Shown one piece after another: positions 62,198-64,000 of a DNA stretch of 64,000 nt. The stretch comes from an uncultured bacterium (GTDB lineage Bacteria > Chloroflexota > UBA5177 > JANWHV01), in contig CAVSOU010000008.1 of NCBI GenBank assembly GCA_963729625.1, positions 416,001-480,000 of the forward strand. Reading direction: 5' to 3'. The first letter of the stretch is position 1. The number at the start of each line of letters is the position of its first letter. Under the pieces are notes generated by a model. It did no database searches. It saw only the letters and a program-made list of their open reading frames with translations, and had not been told where the DNA came from. The translations under genes were made by a program, and so were the position numbers.

Positions 62198-63403
62198 GTG
62201 CTCCGCCGCGCATGGCAGAGCACGGCTGGGAAGAGGGCAGGAGTGCTGAGACGGTGGTGGCCGCGGAATAGCGAGCGCGAATGGGCGCTTATCCTTGTCG
62301 GCTTCTTCTTCATGCAGTCCGGCTGGGCTACCTACTCGGCCCTCTTCACGAACTTTGTCTCGCAGGATCTGCACATCCATCCCAGCCAGCTAGGACTCGT
62401 TGAGTCTCTGCGCGAAGTGCCCGGCTTTCTCACCGTGGTGCTGGCCGCCGTGACTGTGCGCATGCGCGAATCTCGGGTTACCGCGCTGGCGCTCCTGATT
62501 CTGGGTATCGGCCTCATGGGCTACTCGGCCGCGAATAGCCTGGCCACGCTGATTGCCATCACGATGTTCGGCAGCATCGGCTTCCATCTGTTTATGCCGC
62601 TCAGCTCCGGCCTTGTTCTGGCGCAAGCTGGCGAGCACAACCGCGGCAGGCGGATGGGTCAAAGCGGCACCGTCGGCGCTGTTGGCACACTGGTGGGGAC
62701 AGGGCTGGTGCTCGCGCTCGTCATCCCACTCGGTCTGCGCGGCAGCTTCATTCCCGCCGGCGCGTTGGTGCTGGTAGGCGCATTCTGCCTCTGGCTCCTC
62801 CACGATCGAGAAGCTGCACCGCGGATCAGCATTATTTTCCGGCGGCGCTACCTGACGTACTATCTGCTCACCATGCTGGACGGCAGCCGGCGCCAGATAT
62901 TCGGTACGTTTGCCGTGTTCCTGCTGGTCCGCAACTATCACGTCAGCGTGCAGACCATCGCAATTCTTCTGCTGTTTAACACCGTCGTCACCATGATCTG
63001 CGCCATGCCTATCGGCTTGCTGATCGACGCATACGGCGAGCGAACGGTGCTGGTAGGCAACTACTTCGCTCTGGTAGTCCTGTTCTCCGGCTATGCGCTG
63101 GTCCACACGGTCGCGCTGCTCGGCGTTCTGTTCTGTATCGACAACATGCTGTTCTGTTGTGGCGCGGCCATCACCACCTACCTGGGCAAGATCGCGCCAC
63201 GCAGCGAGATGACGCCGACCCTGGCCATGGGCGGCACCGCCAATCACATCGCGGCGGTGGGCGTGCCCGTGCTTGGCGGCATGCTCTGGGACCAGTTTGG
63301 CTATCAGGTCACGTTCTTTGCCGGTGCGGCAACCTGTATCCTGTCAATTCTGGTATCACTGGCCGTTCGCCTGCCCGCACGCGGTGATCCGAAGGCGGCA
63401 TAG
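62198..63403 (+). CDS. MFS transporter
   Basis: About 12 TM helices, LESLREVPG-like motif, GLLIDAYGER. Confidence 0.88.
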   Translation: MLRRAWQSTAGKRAGVLRRWWPRNSEREWALILVGFFFMQSGWATYSALFTNFVSQDLHIHPSQLGLVESLREVPGFLTVVLAAVTVRMRESRVTALALLILGIGLMGYSAANSLATLIAITMFGSIGFHLFMPLSSGLVLAQAGEHNRGRRMGQSGTVGAVGTLVGTGLVLALVIPLGLRGSFIPAGALVLVGAFCLWLLHDREAAPRISIIFRRRYLTYYLLTMLDGSRRQIFGTFAVFLLVRNYHVSVQTIAILLLFNTVVTMICAMPIGLLIDAYGERTVLVGNYFALVVLFSGYALVHTVALLGVLFCIDNMLFCCGAAITTYLGKIAPRSEMTPTLAMGGTANHIAAVGVPVLGGMLWDQFGYQVTFFAGAATCILSILVSLAVRLPARGDPKAA

Positions 63404-63533
63404 GACGGATTCAATGCGACAACACTGCGGTCTGGCAGGTGAACACATGGTGGTTGCTGAGGTTCCGCGCTATCCTTCAGACAGAACAGTACGTCGGTCT
63501 CGCGTTTTCGGCAGAGGGACCGGATAGACAGAG

Positions 63534-64000
63534 ATGGACACAAATAACACGACCCGGCCACAGGAGTATCATTCCATTCGCCCGGCAATGCCAATGGTAG
63601 TGACTGACTTCTCCGGCTTTGAGCCGCCGGACATCGATCGGCTTTATCAGGCGCTGGGCCGCGACCGTGTTCTGTCCGTGGGTAAGCGCGAAGCGCTCTA
63701 CGCCGCGCTTGAGCAGCACCCCGAGACGGATGTGCTGTGCTCCGGCTGGATACCGGACGATCTCATCTCTCTGGCGCCGAATCTCCGCTGGATTCAGCTC
63801 CCGTCAGCAGGGGCGGACCATCTCTTGCGTAACGGGCTGCCACAATCGCGCTTGCCGCTCGTGATTACGACTTCGAGCGGAATCCATGCGACCCCGATCA
63901 CGGAATACGTGTTTAGCAGCCTTCTTCTTCAATCATGGCACTGGCGCAGACTGCTTGCACTCCAGCGTGATCGCACGTGGCCCGAGGATAGTGAGCGGGA
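63534..64000 (+). CDS. D-2-hydroxyacid dehydrogenase, N-terminal part (runs off window; not in ORF track)
   Basis: Manual translation gives APNLRWIQLPSAGADHL...ITTSSGIHATPITEYV. Confidence 0.8.
   Translation, partial: MDTNNTTRPQEYHSIRPAMPMVVTDFSGFEPPDIDRLYQALGRDRVLSVGKREALYAALEQHPETDVLCSGWIPDDLISLAPNLRWIQLPSAGADHLLRNGLPQSRLPLVITTSSGIHATPITEYVFSSLLLQSWHWRRLLALQRDRTWPEDSER

Overview
GC-rich bacterial chromosomal window; the gene content suggests Chloroflexota, but this is inferred, not proven. It is mostly housekeeping and metabolic genes (ppk1, rho, cysS, rlmB, purB, ispG, nfo, tRNA-Glu), plus two type II toxin-antitoxin pairs (HicAB, TacAT-like), a large S-layer-like protein and several gene remnants. 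Main observations: (1) an intergenic region at ~22.1-22.4 kb with oriC-like architecture (about 10 DnaA-box variants in two opposed arrays plus DnaA-trios) that is not next to dnaA, with a parS site and a RacA-like MerR/coiled-coil gene within 3 kb; (2) a Y1/HUH transposase flanked by inverted double-hairpin REP-like units with an adjacent non-autonomous REPIN-like copy; (3) 97-bp ATCTG-motif tandem repeats next to an internally deleted GxxExxY gene; (4) a two-gene lipid operon encoding an unusual thymidylate-kinase-like/DAG-kinase-fold fusion and an acyl-ligase-ACP-acyltransferase. Three otherwise intact genes each carry a single frameshift, possibly sequencing error. All family assignments come from motif recognition by eye, not database searches.
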